Part shown: in pieces, positions 39,363-49,947 of the stretch
Layout of the letters: each line of letters opens with the position of its first letter
Numbering within the stretch: the first letter of the stretch is position 1
NCBI GenBank assembly: GCA_963827235.1
Contig: CAWHAE010000014.1
Span: 128,001-192,000 of the forward strand
Origin: an uncultured bacterium
Lineage (GTDB): Bacteria; Chloroflexota; UBA5177; JANWHV01
DNA length: 64,000 bases
Direction: 5' to 3'
The notes under the pieces: model-generated
What the model was told of the DNA's origin: nothing
The model's input: only the letters and a program-made list of their open reading frames with translations
The model's database searches: none
Made by a program: the position numbers and the translations under genes

Positions 39363-41264
39363 TCAAAAGTACCGCTGCTTGGTGCGCGCCTGCTCGTACT
39401 CGTGCCGGGCCTGCTTCACAGCGGGCTGGTCCGATATCTCGGCGACCGGTACGTCCCACCACCCTTCGTAGCCGGGCACGCGTGCGTCGACGTCCACGGG
39501 CACGTGGATGACCACGGTCTGCGTGCTGCGCGACGCGTGCTCCAGTGCCTCACGCAAGGCCGTCGGCGTGGACGCGAGATAGCCGGTTGCACCCAGGCTT
39601 TCCGCGTTCTTCACGAAGTCGATAGGCACGAAGCTGCCCTCCAGACGGCCGGTCGCAGGGTTGCGGTAGCGCATCTCGTTGCTGAACGATGGTGAGCCAA
39701 GCGACTCCTGAAGGGAGCGGATGCACTGGAAACCGCCGTTGTCCAGCACCACGATAGTGAGCTTGTGACCTTCCTGCAGCGAGGTCACGATCTCGGTGTG
39801 CAGCATCAAGTAGCTTCCGTCGCCGACCATGACGTAGACTTCGCGCGAGGGATCTGCCATCTTGACTCCATGGCCGCCCGCGATCTCGTAGCCCATGCAC
39901 GAGTAGCCATATTCGACGTGGTAGCCCTTGACGTCGCTCGTCCGCCACAGCTTGTGCAGGTCGCCGGGCAGCCCGCCCGACGCGCAGACCACAACATCGG
40001 TAGGTCGCGCAACGTCGTTGACAATGCCAATTACCTGAGCCTGGGTGAGGTGCTTGTCGTCAGCGATTTCGCGCTGCAGATCCACTGCCTTGTTCCAGAT
40101 CTGCTTCAGGTCTGCTACCTCCGAGCCATAGCACTCGTCCGTGTGGTAGCCGCTTTCGCGCAGGGCAGCCGCGAGCACTTCAAGCGTGCTGCGGGCGTCA
40201 CCCACCAGCGGGAATGCGCTGTGCTTTGAGGCGTCCATGCCGGTCACGTTCATGCCGAGGAAGGTGACCTCCGGATTCTGGAATGCTGTCTTGGAGGCCG
40301 TGGTGAAGTCGCTGAGTCGGGTGCCCACGGCGATCACCAGATCCGCGGCGGCCGCCAACCGGTTGCCGGCGATGCCGCCGGTGGAGCCGACCGGTCCGGC
40401 CATCCAGGGATGGTCCCACGCCAGGGCACCCTTACCAGCCTGTGTCTCCACCACCGGGATGCCGCAAACGCGCGTGAGTGTGTCGAGTGCCGTCGAAGCC
40501 TCGGAATAGAGAACTCCGCCGCCGGCCACGATCAAGGGCCGCTTCGAGGCGCGGATGCGTTCGACCGCTTCGGCGACCGCCGTGGCCGCCGGAAGGGGTC
40601 TGAATACTCGGTGCAGGCACTGCCGGAAGAACGCGGAGGGGTAGTCGTATGCCATGGTCTGCACGTCCTCGGGAAGCGCGATGGTAACCGCGCCTGTTTC
40701 CGCCGGGTCGAGGAGCACGCGCATCGCCTCCGGCAGACTCGTCAGTATTTGCTCCGGCCGCGTGATGCGATCCCAGTAGCGCGATACCGGCCTGAAGGCA
40801 TCGTTGACGCTGACGTCCTGGCCGCCAAAATACTCGAGCTGCTGCAGGACGGGATGTGGAACGCGGCTGGCAAAGGTGTCACCGGGCAACAGCAGGACGG
40901 GAATCCGGTTCACCGTGGCTCCAGCGGCGCCGGTAATCATGTTCGTGGCGCCGGGACCCACGGACGACGTGCAGGCTATGATCTGCAGGCGGTTCTTCAT
41001 GCGCGCGTAGGCTGTCGCGGTATGCACCATCGCCTGCTCATTGCGCCCCTGGTAGAACGGCAGCCCTTCGCCCACTTCCTCCAACGCCTGGCCCAGTCCG
41101 GATACCACACCGTGTCCGAATATGCCGAATACACCCGCCACCATCCGTTGCGTCTTCCCGTCGCGCTCCACGTACTGTTGCGCCAAGAAGCGCACGATTG
41201 CCTGTGCGGCAGTCATTCGAAGCGTCGTGTTTGCCGGCGTCATTGTGCTGCTCACCACGTCCAT
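39363..41264 (-). CDS. iolD: 3D-(3,5/4)-trihydroxycyclohexane-1,2-dione acylhydrolase (TPP-dependent)
   Basis: RMTAAQA, GIFGHG, GRNEQAM, PVLQQLE, NDAFRPVSRYWDRI, HVEYGYSCMGYE, VGDGSYLM, WWDVPV. Confidence 0.95.
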   Translation of the reverse strand: MDVVSSTMTPANTTLRMTAAQAIVRFLAQQYVERDGKTQRMVAGVFGIFGHGVVSGLGQALEEVGEGLPFYQGRNEQAMVHTATAYARMKNRLQIIACTSSVGPGATNMITGAAGATVNRIPVLLLPGDTFASRVPHPVLQQLEYFGGQDVSVNDAFRPVSRYWDRITRPEQILTSLPEAMRVLLDPAETGAVTIALPEDVQTMAYDYPSAFFRQCLHRVFRPLPAATAVAEAVERIRASKRPLIVAGGGVLYSEASTALDTLTRVCGIPVVETQAGKGALAWDHPWMAGPVGSTGGIAGNRLAAAADLVIAVGTRLSDFTTASKTAFQNPEVTFLGMNVTGMDASKHSAFPLVGDARSTLEVLAAALRESGYHTDECYGSEVADLKQIWNKAVDLQREIADDKHLTQAQVIGIVNDVARPTDVVVCASGGLPGDLHKLWRTSDVKGYHVEYGYSCMGYEIAGGHGVKMADPSREVYVMVGDGSYLMLHTEIVTSLQEGHKLTIVVLDNGGFQCIRSLQESLGSPSFSNEMRYRNPATGRLEGSFVPIDFVKNAESLGATGYLASTPTALREALEHASRSTQTVVIHVPVDVDARVPGYEGWWDVPVAEISDQPAVKQARHEYEQARTKQRYF

Positions 41265-42073
41265 CCCTCCATGATCCAGGCGTGACTCGGATCGAAGCCC
41301 ATGCGAAGCGCCCGCCTCGGCCCGGCCAGCACGTTGAGATAGTAGACCTGGTACTCCGCTGCTGCCGCCACCACATGGTAGCCGCGCGGCACGAGCACCA
41401 GATCGCCGTCGCGCACGGTCATCGTCTCATCTAGCTCGCCATCTGCCGTATACACTCGCTGAAAGGCGAATCCCTGCGCGGGCTTGATGCAAAAGTAGTA
41501 CGTTTCCTCAAGCTGCGACTCCTGCGGAAGGTTGTCGACGTCGTGCTTGTGAGGAGGATAGCTCGACCAGTTGCCGGCCGGGCTCTGGACCTCGGTGACC
41601 AGCAAGGAAGAGGCATGCGCGTCCTCCATGAGAATGTTGTTGATCGTTCGCGCCGACTGACCCGAACCCCTTGCACGCGTTGAAACCTCACCTGGCGTGA
41701 TCAGCCGGGCCGGTAGCGTATCGAGAGCTGGCGCTGCACAGATGCCGATCTGGGCGTCCGTGTGGGCCACGATCTCGTATTGCCTGCCGGCAGGCAGATA
41801 GACGGCGAACGGAGCGCCGGAGAAAGGATCGAGGCGCTCGCCGATCCTCGTCCAGGTGTCGGTCCCCGCTCTGACCGATACGATGCCGGAGATGACGACG
41901 AGCGCCACCTCGTCGGCTCCCGTCTCGTCTGCGTAGTGCCCATCCTGAATCAGGCGCACCGCCTGGAAACCCACGTAGTTCAGACTCGTCTTCCTCGGCA
42001 CCGCCACCACGATACCCTGGGATACCGATTCCCCTCGTCGGCAGAGTCCGCCGCGCCATTGCACAACGTCCAC
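41252..42073 (-). CDS. iolB: 5-deoxy-glucuronate isomerase
   Basis: GNWSSYPPHKHD, LEETYY, GFAFQRVYT, LVPRGYH, YYLNVLAG; adjacent to iolD. Confidence 0.93.
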   Translation of the reverse strand: MDVVQWRGGLCRRGESVSQGIVVAVPRKTSLNYVGFQAVRLIQDGHYADETGADEVALVVISGIVSVRAGTDTWTRIGERLDPFSGAPFAVYLPAGRQYEIVAHTDAQIGICAAPALDTLPARLITPGEVSTRARGSGQSARTINNILMEDAHASSLLVTEVQSPAGNWSSYPPHKHDVDNLPQESQLEETYYFCIKPAQGFAFQRVYTADGELDETMTVRDGDLVLVPRGYHVVAAAAEYQVYYLNVLAGPRRALRMGFDPSHAWIMEGWTW

Positions 42074-42134
42074 TATTGACCCTCCTATACCTTCGCTTCC
42101 CACTTGCTGCTCAGTCGCCGGCAGCCGGCTATGC

Positions 42135-42968
42135 TCAAGCCGATCGCTCGTCACCCGATGCCGCGCCCACCGGTCGTACAGGAAGCGGCGCATCCCCGCC
42201 TTGGTTATCGGCGAGTGGCGGCGGCGAGCCCATCTCCTTCGAGAACAAGCCGGCGACATCGCGCACGGCCGCCGCGAGCTGCGGCAAGCGTTGGCTCGTC
42301 AGCCGGGCGCTCGGACCTGAGATGCCGATTGACGCCACGATTCTGCCGTCGTGCGCTCGCAAGGGCGCCGCCAGGCAGCGGACCCCTGCGTGAAGCTCCT
42401 GGTCGTCGCAGGCGTAGCCGGCGGCGCGAGACCGCGCGAGCTCCACCTGCAGATCATGCAGGCCGGTAATCGTCGTGTCCGTGAAGCGTGGCAGCGGCTC
42501 GACGTCGAAGAGCTTTCGAAGCTGGTGCTCATCGTGATCGATGAGCAGTGCCTTACCCACGGCCGTACAATGCGCGGGTTCGGCCGTCCCGACAGTCGTT
42601 TCCACGCGAAGGAGCGCTGTAGCTGTCTCGCGGCAGACGAAAACGACCTTTGCACCGCTCAGTACGGCCAGGTGCGCGCTTTCCCCCGTACGCGCCACCA
42701 GATCGACCAGATGCCTTCCGGCGAGAGAGACCACGTCGAGTTTGCGCAGCAAGGCGCCGGCAATGGCCAGAGACTCGAAGCCCAGCGAGTACTTGCGGCC
42801 GCGTGCCTCCTGAATCACGAATCCGTAGCTCTCCAGGGTGGCCAATATGCGGTAGCTGGAGCTTGGATCCACGTCCAACCTCGCCGCGAGATCGCTGACT
42901 CCCAGGGGCCCTTCGCTCCGAGCCAGGATTCTCAACGTCTCGAGACCTCGCGCCAGGGAGTTGATCAC
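42135..42968 (-). CDS. IclR-family transcriptional regulator
   Basis: INSLARGLETL HTH, GESAHL, PAHCTAVGKALL, GVRCLAAP. Confidence 0.93.
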   Translation of the reverse strand: MINSLARGLETLRILARSEGPLGVSDLAARLDVDPSSSYRILATLESYGFVIQEARGRKYSLGFESLAIAGALLRKLDVVSLAGRHLVDLVARTGESAHLAVLSGAKVVFVCRETATALLRVETTVGTAEPAHCTAVGKALLIDHDEHQLRKLFDVEPLPRFTDTTITGLHDLQVELARSRAAGYACDDQELHAGVRCLAAPLRAHDGRIVASIGISGPSARLTSQRLPQLAAAVRDVAGLFSKEMGSPPPLADNQGGDAPLPVRPVGAASGDERSA

Positions 42969-43134
42969 CGCCGGCCCAACCCTCCGCGGACACGAATCGC
43001 TGCCGCGCACTCGGCGCTATTTCGAAGGCGGCACGCTTTTCATTATACGCAACAGGCTGGTGGCATGCGCAAACCCGGGCAGATGGTGCGCGCGCAAGGT
43101 TCCCCGCGGTCGCACCATCTGCTCGGCCTCACGC

Positions 43135-46100
43135 TCAGCCCAGCCGCACCCGGAACGACCGCACCGCAAAGGGAGTCAAGTCGAAGGAGAGCGAGCCGCC
43201 GCTCACGTGAAGATCGGTAACGCCGGCCTCAGGGTCCTCCAGGATGGTCACCGGCAACGCCCGTGATATGGAAGTGGCGAAGGTCAGCTCGGTTCGCTCT
43301 CGGCCGCCTGTGCACTCGTAGACGCGCACGATCATGCCGTCCCCGTCCTCGGCCGGTTTGACCGTGTCGATCACCGCGTGACGGCTCGCCGTACGAACCA
43401 GCGACTGGGATAATGCCATTCCGCCGGCGGCGGTCTGGCGCACACGCGTCGAGACGGGCAGATTGAGGGCGTAGGCAGCTTGAACCGTATCGGAGATCAT
43501 CCAATCCGGCCCGTGCGGGAGCAGCGCGTAGGTGAAGCAGTGCGTGCCCTGGTCGGCCTCGGCATCGGGGTAGATGCCGGACTTCAGCAGAGTCAGTCTG
43601 AGTGTAGAGTCCCGGCAGTCGTAGCCATACTTTGCGTCGTTGAGCAAGCTAACGCCGTACCCGGCCTCCGACAGGTCAGCCCAGCGATGGCCCGCTACCT
43701 CGAATTGCGCGGTTTCCCAAGACGTGTTGCGGCGTGTCGATCGCTCTACCCAACCGAAGGCGCACTCGTAGGTCGCCCGCGGCGCCCGCACGTTGAGCGG
43801 GAACGCGGCTTTGAGCAGCACCTGGTGATGATGCCAGGAGATCCGCGTCTGGAAGTCTATGCGCGGCAGATCGGCGTGCAAGAGTATTCTCTGCCGGATC
43901 GTCGAGCCATCCCAGGCCCGGAGCAACTCGACCCCGGCACGCAACGGCCCATGCTCGACCACCTTGACATCCTCGAGCTCTCCGACCTCCCAGCATTTCT
44001 CACCGTAGGTTTCGTCGAGCTCCCAGGCGTCAAAGTCCACCGGCTTGTCCTCAAATGCGAGCAGACGATTGCCCAGCTCGCCGGGTAGCAGCACTTCGCG
44101 CCGGAATCGCTTGTCGTAGATGCGGTTGATCCTGCCGTTTTGGTCGAGCGAGAGGCTGAAGTACCGATTCTCCAAACCGTGCTCGTTGGCGACGAGCTCC
44201 TTGTCAGTGGCGCCGCCCGGCGCGGGGCTACCGAGGCCCGCCACGGCGTATCCCATGGCAGGCAACCGCAGCCCGCCGACCAGCAGGCTCTCTCGCCCGT
44301 CCAGATTGGCCACCCTCTGGGTCGGTAGCGCGCCGCCGTCCGCGCCGAGCAGCGAGCGATCGCCGATCTCGGCTGCGTCCCCTTCGACGTCTACCCGACT
44401 CCAGGGCAGGCTGCTAAAGAACACGGCAGCCTCATCCGGCCCGGCGACCCTCGGGGCCAGCTCATCCTGCGCCTCGCGGCGGACCTCCGCTGCAAGCTCC
44501 CGCACGTGCGCGTGATCTCGAGCCTGGTCGGCGTAAACCTCTCCCACCGATGAGCCCGGCAATATGTCGTGGAACTGATTCAGCAGCAACAGCTCCCACG
44601 CCTCCGCGAGCCGGGCTTGCCAGCGGGACGAATCCGCCCCGCGCGCCGCCGCCCAGCTTGCCCAGAGCTCGGCATCGTGCAGCGCATGCTCGCCGCGCCG
44701 ATTGCCTGCCTTGGCACCGGCCTGGCTCGTGTAGACGCCGCGGTGGTACTCGAGATACATTTCGCCATCCCAGACCGGCGTGCGCGGATTCGCGATCAGG
44801 CGGGCGTGCAGATCCTTGAGAAACTCGACCGCCGATCCCTGTCTGACCGCGGGAAGGCCAGGATACGCCTGCATGCGAGCCGCCGCCTCGAGCATCTCCT
44901 CCGTGGGACCTCCGCCTCCGTCCCCAAAGCCGAATGGGTAGAGAACCGAGTCGCTGAGCGCCTTGTCCCGGTACCGCGTCCAGGCGCTGCCGATCTCGTA
45001 CACCGTGAAATGCCCGTTGTAGGTGGCGATTTCCCACAGGGGATTGTCAGTGTCGGCTATCCAGCGCTCCACTCGCGGGTCGATACCGGAGGTGATGAAA
45101 AACGCCAGCACTTCCGATCCGTCCAGCCCGCGCCAGCGGAATGTATCGTGAGGCATCACGTTGGTCGTGTTCCAGGAAAGCTTGCTGGTCACGAACGTGT
45201 GCACGCCGGCGCTGCGCATCAGCCCGGGAAGAGCGCCGCTGTAGCCGAAAGTGTCTGGCAGCCAGAGAATCTCGCACCTTGCGCCGAAGCGTTTTGTGGA
45301 TTCGCGCTGGCCGTAGACAAACTGGCGCACCATGGATTCGCCCGAGGTCAGATTGACGTCCGGCTCCACCCACATCGCGGCGGCCGGCTCCCAGCGGCCC
45401 TCGCGTACCCTGGCAAGAATCTGCCGGTAAAGGGCAGGCTCGTCCTCTTCGATCCACCTGTACTGTTGAGCCTGGCTGGCAAGAAATCGATAGGCCGGAT
45501 AACGATCCATCAGGCGCAGCACGGTGGACCACGAACGGGCTACCTTCCTGCGCGTCTGGTCCAGCGGCCAGAGCCAAGCGGTGTCAATATGGGCATGTCC
45601 AATGGCGAGCACCGTGGGCTGTGCGCCAAACCGCCCCGCGAGGCCGTGCATACCGTCTGCCAGTATGGACAATGCTTTCTCGACACTCGTCCAATATGAT
45701 GCTGAGCCCGGCCGGCGGCGGTCGACAGCGCCTTCGGCGGCCAGCAGAACCTCGGCCAGCGCTCTCCGGGCAGGGTTATCCTCGGGAAGATAGCGCAGCG
45801 TGTCCGATCCGAGCAGCAGATCGTATGCCAGCGCCTCACCCTGCTTGCTGACCAGCTCCAGTCCGCATGCGCCGATCTCGCAGACCGTTCCGGGCTCCCG
45901 GGGAGCCGTGCCTTCGCCGACCGCATACTCCTCGACGAGAACCACGTGCTCCGCGCCGTCGTTTGCCGAGCTCGGCAAGGTGATGGTGAGGTGATTAGCG
46001 TCCAGGCCCTGCCACGGCATACCGTCCAGGTAGGCCATGCCCTGCCCGCCCAGCTCGAGTCTCAGGCGCACGGGTGACTCCCGCCAGGCCGCTGGTATCC

Positions 46101-46326
46101 GGAAGCTGGCCTTGAACAGCACCCACGGCTCATCAGCCCCCCAGCGGTCGCGAGAGCGTGCATCCCGCCATTCTCCGCCGCTCTCGACCGCGCTACGTCT
46201 GCCGTTCCGCAGCTGTAGCCGCGCCAGTGGTGCTCGCTCCAGCACCGCGGATTCCAGTTGCTCCAGTGCCCGGGCTCGCAGTCTGCGCCCCGTCTGATCC
46301 ATCAACCATACTCCCTCGGTGGTCAA
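43135..46326 (-). CDS. Alpha-mannosidase, glycoside hydrolase family 38
   Basis: GHAHIDTAWLWP, WLPDTFGY, FGFGDGGGGP, GEMYLEYHRG, NQFHDILPGS, LLNDAKYG. Confidence 0.95.
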   Translation of the reverse strand: MTTEGVWLMDQTGRRLRARALEQLESAVLERAPLARLQLRNGRRSAVESGGEWRDARSRDRWGADEPWVLFKASFRIPAAWRESPVRLRLELGGQGMAYLDGMPWQGLDANHLTITLPSSANDGAEHVVLVEEYAVGEGTAPREPGTVCEIGACGLELVSKQGEALAYDLLLGSDTLRYLPEDNPARRALAEVLLAAEGAVDRRRPGSASYWTSVEKALSILADGMHGLAGRFGAQPTVLAIGHAHIDTAWLWPLDQTRRKVARSWSTVLRLMDRYPAYRFLASQAQQYRWIEEDEPALYRQILARVREGRWEPAAAMWVEPDVNLTSGESMVRQFVYGQRESTKRFGARCEILWLPDTFGYSGALPGLMRSAGVHTFVTSKLSWNTTNVMPHDTFRWRGLDGSEVLAFFITSGIDPRVERWIADTDNPLWEIATYNGHFTVYEIGSAWTRYRDKALSDSVLYPFGFGDGGGGPTEEMLEAAARMQAYPGLPAVRQGSAVEFLKDLHARLIANPRTPVWDGEMYLEYHRGVYTSQAGAKAGNRRGEHALHDAELWASWAAARGADSSRWQARLAEAWELLLLNQFHDILPGSSVGEVYADQARDHAHVRELAAEVRREAQDELAPRVAGPDEAAVFFSSLPWSRVDVEGDAAEIGDRSLLGADGGALPTQRVANLDGRESLLVGGLRLPAMGYAVAGLGSPAPGGATDKELVANEHGLENRYFSLSLDQNGRINRIYDKRFRREVLLPGELGNRLLAFEDKPVDFDAWELDETYGEKCWEVGELEDVKVVEHGPLRAGVELLRAWDGSTIRQRILLHADLPRIDFQTRISWHHHQVLLKAAFPLNVRAPRATYECAFGWVERSTRRNTSWETAQFEVAGHRWADLSEAGYGVSLLNDAKYGYDCRDSTLRLTLLKSGIYPDAEADQGTHCFTYALLPHGPDWMISDTVQAAYALNLPVSTRVRQTAAGGMALSQSLVRTASRHAVIDTVKPAEDGDGMIVRVYECTGGRERTELTFATSISRALPVTILEDPEAGVTDLHVSGGSLSFDLTPFAVRSFRVRLG

Positions 46327-46458
46327 TCCTCACCCGTTACTGTGCCGCCGGCACACCCGCGTAAGCGTCCGGCTTGCCGAGATCGACGAACTGCGGCCAG
46401 GGCCATGCCAGTCCCGCCGGTGCCTCCGCAGAAGCACCATCGCGTGGACGCGCTACGC

Positions 46459-47283
46459 TCATCCCTTCGTTCCGCCGACGTTGAGACCCTTGACGAAGAA
46501 TCGCGAGACAAACATGTACAGTGCCACCGCCGGCAGAGCATACATCATGGCGTACGCCGCGATCTGGGCGTAGTTCACCTGGCCATAATTGCTGAACAGA
46601 CTGAACAGCTGTACAGATGCTGGGAATTTGTCGGGACTGCTGAAGATGATGAATGGCACGAAGAAATTCGTGTAAGCGTTGACGAAGCTGAAGATGCCCA
46701 CCACGGCAATGCCGGGCGCGCACAGTGGTAGCACGACGCGCACGAACGATCCGAGCGTCGTGCAGCCATCCACCCAGGCAGCTTCCTCCAGCTCTATGGA
46801 GACGGAGTCCAGGAAGTTTTTCATCAGCCACATGTTGAAAGGCAGTCCGGAGGCCACGAAGAACAGCACCACACCCGGAGTGGAGTCGATGAGGCTAAGG
46901 CGAACGTAGAGCGCATAGAGGGGAAAGATCAGTGCCAAAATGGGCAAGCCGGTGCAGAACAGTATCAGGAGCATGACTGTCTGCTTGAAGCGAAAGTGAT
47001 AGCGGGAGAGCGTATAGCCTGCTCCGCAGCTCAGCACGACCATCAGCACCATCGTGCTGAGACCCAATACCAGGCTGTTGCGGAATCCGCTCATGTAGCC
47101 GTTGTCGATCAGGTAGCGAAAGTTATCGACGCTGAATCCCGAGAACCACAGAGTGCCGAGATTGGCATTCAGAGTGAAGCTTGCCACGATGAGCCAGATG
47201 AACGGTAGCACGAAGAAGAGGCCCAGGACAACCAGGATGCCGTAGGCGGCGGCTGAAGACGGGACAAATCTGCGATGTCTCAC
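46459..47283 (-). CDS. Carbohydrate ABC transporter permease
   Basis: Six TM helices; EAA loop ELEEAAWVDG. Confidence 0.93.
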   Translation of the reverse strand: MRHRRFVPSSAAAYGILVVLGLFFVLPFIWLIVASFTLNANLGTLWFSGFSVDNFRYLIDNGYMSGFRNSLVLGLSTMVLMVVLSCGAGYTLSRYHFRFKQTVMLLILFCTGLPILALIFPLYALYVRLSLIDSTPGVVLFFVASGLPFNMWLMKNFLDSVSIELEEAAWVDGCTTLGSFVRVVLPLCAPGIAVVGIFSFVNAYTNFFVPFIIFSSPDKFPASVQLFSLFSNYGQVNYAQIAAYAMMYALPAVALYMFVSRFFVKGLNVGGTKG

Positions 47284-47293
47284 TAGAGCGCTC

Positions 47294-48265
47294 CTACACT
47301 TCTACACGCAAGACGCGTATGTAAAGGAGCGAGAGCAGAGCGCCGGCCAGAATGATCAACAAGGCGATCGCCGTCCCGTAGCCAAGCTCGTAGAACTTGA
47401 ACGCGTGCTGGTACATGTAGATGGTCAGCAGTTGGGTGTCGAAGCCCGGTCCGCCGGCAGTCAGCACCTCGACCAGCGTGAAGTCGGAGAGAGTAGCCAG
47501 CGTGATGAGCAGGAGATCCGTGGCGATCGTGCCCTTCAGCAACGGCAAGATCACCAACCGCACGCGAGCCCATAGCCCAGCACCGTCGATCGAGGCGGCT
47601 TCCAGCAGTTCGGGAGCGATGCCTTCCAATGCGGATGAGTAAAGAAGCATGGAGAAAGCCGTGCCGCGCCAGGTGTTGGCCACGATGATCGACGCCATCG
47701 GATAGTCTTGCAGCCAGGCGTGCTGCGGCAGGCCGAATGTCCCGACTATCGTATTGAGCAGGCCGGTCCCTGTGCCGAGGCCCATCATGTCCGCATGGAG
47801 AAACGCAAACCAGAGGTAGCCTGCCACCACATCGGGAATGACCCAGCAGGCGACGATGATGCCGCCCAGGATCGTCTTGAAGAGCGGGCTCCGGTTCTTC
47901 ATCAGCAAAGCGAGCAGCATGCCCAACACAGCCTGGCCGATCAGAGCTGAGCCCACGAGATAGGTTAGTGAAATCCGAAGCGAGTCGAAGAACTGGTGGT
48001 CGTCCAGGATCTGGTGCAGGTTGTCCAGACCGACCCACGACGGATTCGCGGCCCCCGTGCCTGTGAGCGACATATTGGTGAAGCCCACGTAGACCGCGTA
48101 GACCGCCGGGCCCAGGAAGAAGATGAGCAGCACTGCGAAAGCCGGCAGCATAAACAGCATGCCGGCTCTGAAACGACGCCGGGGTTTGGACAGTGCCGGT
48201 ACCGGCTCAACGACGGAGGCCTGCAAGGCCGTACTCCTCCTCTTTACGTGTCTGAGTCCGGGCAA
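47294..48265 (-). CDS. Carbohydrate ABC transporter permease
   Basis: WVGLDN, EAA loop ELLEAASIDGA, YMYQHAF..YELGYG.A. Confidence 0.93.
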   Translation of the reverse strand: MPGLRHVKRRSTALQASVVEPVPALSKPRRRFRAGMLFMLPAFAVLLIFFLGPAVYAVYVGFTNMSLTGTGAANPSWVGLDNLHQILDDHQFFDSLRISLTYLVGSALIGQAVLGMLLALLMKNRSPLFKTILGGIIVACWVIPDVVAGYLWFAFLHADMMGLGTGTGLLNTIVGTFGLPQHAWLQDYPMASIIVANTWRGTAFSMLLYSSALEGIAPELLEAASIDGAGLWARVRLVILPLLKGTIATDLLLITLATLSDFTLVEVLTAGGPGFDTQLLTIYMYQHAFKFYELGYGTAIALLIILAGALLSLLYIRVLRVEV

Positions 48266-48302
48266 GGCAGTCCCCGTCGCCGAGCCGGAAACGGGGACTG
48301 CC
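48266..48302. repeat. Intercistronic stem-loop after the solute-binding protein gene
   Basis: ggcagtccccgt / acggggactgcc, a 12-bp perfect stem. Confidence 0.75.
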
Positions 48303-48338
48303 CGAACCTCTTCTATGCGGGCTCAGAAAGGCTGCCGA

Positions 48339-49709
48339 TCAGCGCGCTTCCACGTTCGCTGTGCCGGCAATACCTTGTACCGCTGAGGCGTAGTACGACA
48401 TAGCGTCCTTGGCGCTCGTGCCCGACATCACGTTCTCCATCGCCAGGTCAATCTGGTTGGAGATCTTCGGATAGGCCGGGAAGCCCGGCCGGAACTGGGT
48501 GAATGCGACCAGGCTGGTGAAGAATGGATTCATCGGCACGCTGGCGTAGCTCGAGATAGTTGCTTCATCCTTACGCACGCCGATGTTGCCCACCAGCACG
48601 TCGAAGAGGGCCAGATTGTCCGCGGAGTTGGCCGCCTGAAGCACCTTCCACGCGGCATCCTTGTTCGGGCTCTTGGCGGCGATGGAATACGCCCAGCCGC
48701 CCGACAGCGTAACGAAGTACGGAGCCTGCCCGAACTCGGTCGGCATCTTGGCCATGCCCATGACCGACTGCCACTGCGGCCACGGAGAGGCGCCGGACGA
48801 AATCCAGTTGCTCGGCACCCAAGAACCGTCGATGTCGATAGCCAGCTTGCCCTTCGGCAGGAGCTGCTGCGCGACGACGTTGCCGGCCAGGCCGCTCAGC
48901 GCTATGTCACTGGTCGGACCCAGCAGGTCCTTAGGATTGTAGATTGTCTGCACGAAGTTCAGCGCATTCAGGAAACCTGTGCTCGACTCCACCCACTTGT
49001 TCGTCTTGTAGTCGTAGAGCGGGTCTTTGGTGCCGTACAGAAGCATCTCAAAGCCCTGCATCGTCGATGCTTCATCCATCGGAATGCCTGAATAGAGGTT
49101 GATCGGCACGACGTTCGGCACCTTGGCCTTGATCGTGCGTGCGGCCGAGAGAATATCGGCCCAGTTCTTCGGCTGCCAGGTGGTCGGTAGACCGGCCTTG
49201 GCGAAGATCTGCTTGTTATACCAGATGCCGCGAACGTCCGTGCCGTTCATGACGCCGTAGTTCACGCCCTTGAACGTAGTGATCGACTGCATGCCCGGAT
49301 AGAACTGTTGTGCATACTCCGGCCAGGCGGCAAGATACTTGCTTAGCGGCGCTAGGTAGCCCGCCGTAGCATCCGAGCCGACCAGGAAGCTGTCTTCCTT
49401 CACCAGGTCGGGCGCGGTACTGGACGAGCGCATCATCAGATCGATCTTGGTGTAGTAGTCACCTTCCGACGCCACGATCACTTCCGGCTTGATCTTGATG
49501 CCAGGGTTCGCGGCTTCGATGGCGGGGATGATCTGATTCCACCACTTGAGATCCTCGTATCCCGACGGATTCCCCAGCTCCTGGAATGCCACGGTGATCG
49601 TTACCGGGTTCGCCGCGTGAGCCCTACCGCTGGACTGGAAGATCAGGCCGGGAACGACGAACACGCCTAGAAGTGCTACACGCGCCAGCTTCGAGCGAAC
49701 GCCTTTCAT
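48339..49709 (-). CDS. Sugar ABC transporter solute-binding protein
   Basis: Signal peptide ending in AHA; APDL, WYNK.IF.KAGL, SGGWAYSI, KDAAWK. Confidence 0.93.
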   Translation of the reverse strand: MKGVRSKLARVALLGVFVVPGLIFQSSGRAHAANPVTITVAFQELGNPSGYEDLKWWNQIIPAIEAANPGIKIKPEVIVASEGDYYTKIDLMMRSSSTAPDLVKEDSFLVGSDATAGYLAPLSKYLAAWPEYAQQFYPGMQSITTFKGVNYGVMNGTDVRGIWYNKQIFAKAGLPTTWQPKNWADILSAARTIKAKVPNVVPINLYSGIPMDEASTMQGFEMLLYGTKDPLYDYKTNKWVESSTGFLNALNFVQTIYNPKDLLGPTSDIALSGLAGNVVAQQLLPKGKLAIDIDGSWVPSNWISSGASPWPQWQSVMGMAKMPTEFGQAPYFVTLSGGWAYSIAAKSPNKDAAWKVLQAANSADNLALFDVLVGNIGVRKDEATISSYASVPMNPFFTSLVAFTQFRPGFPAYPKISNQIDLAMENVMSGTSAKDAMSYYASAVQGIAGTANVEAR

Positions 49710-49846
49710 TATTCCTCCTCATGACGGGATGACATGGCAATTGCCGGACAGGCAACTACTGCCTTGAACGGACCTGAGACTAGCGGTCATCCTTCGACCC
49801 AAGCATTCCTCGCTGTGCCCGGTGCCTCCTTTCCAGCCATGGACAC

Positions 49847-49876
49847 CGGATGAATTTGCCTTAGCAAATTCATCCG
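49847..49876. promoter_or_regulatory. 13-bp perfect inverted repeat in the ABC operon leader (operator or RNA hairpin)
   Basis: cggatgaatttgc-ctta-gcaaattcatccg. Confidence 0.7.
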
Positions 49877-49901
49877 TGTTACGCTTGTTCGCAACGACGG
49901 C

Positions 49902-49930
49902 AGTCTAGACCATGCATGGTAGATTGTCAA
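49902..49930 (-). promoter_or_regulatory. Sigma70-type promoter of the ABC/mannosidase operon with a palindromic operator in the spacer
   Basis: Minus strand TTGACA-N17-TAGACT; the spacer contains the perfect palindrome ACCATGCATGGT (49909-49920). Confidence 0.7.
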
Positions 49931-49947
49931 GAGGAGGCGAAACGTTC

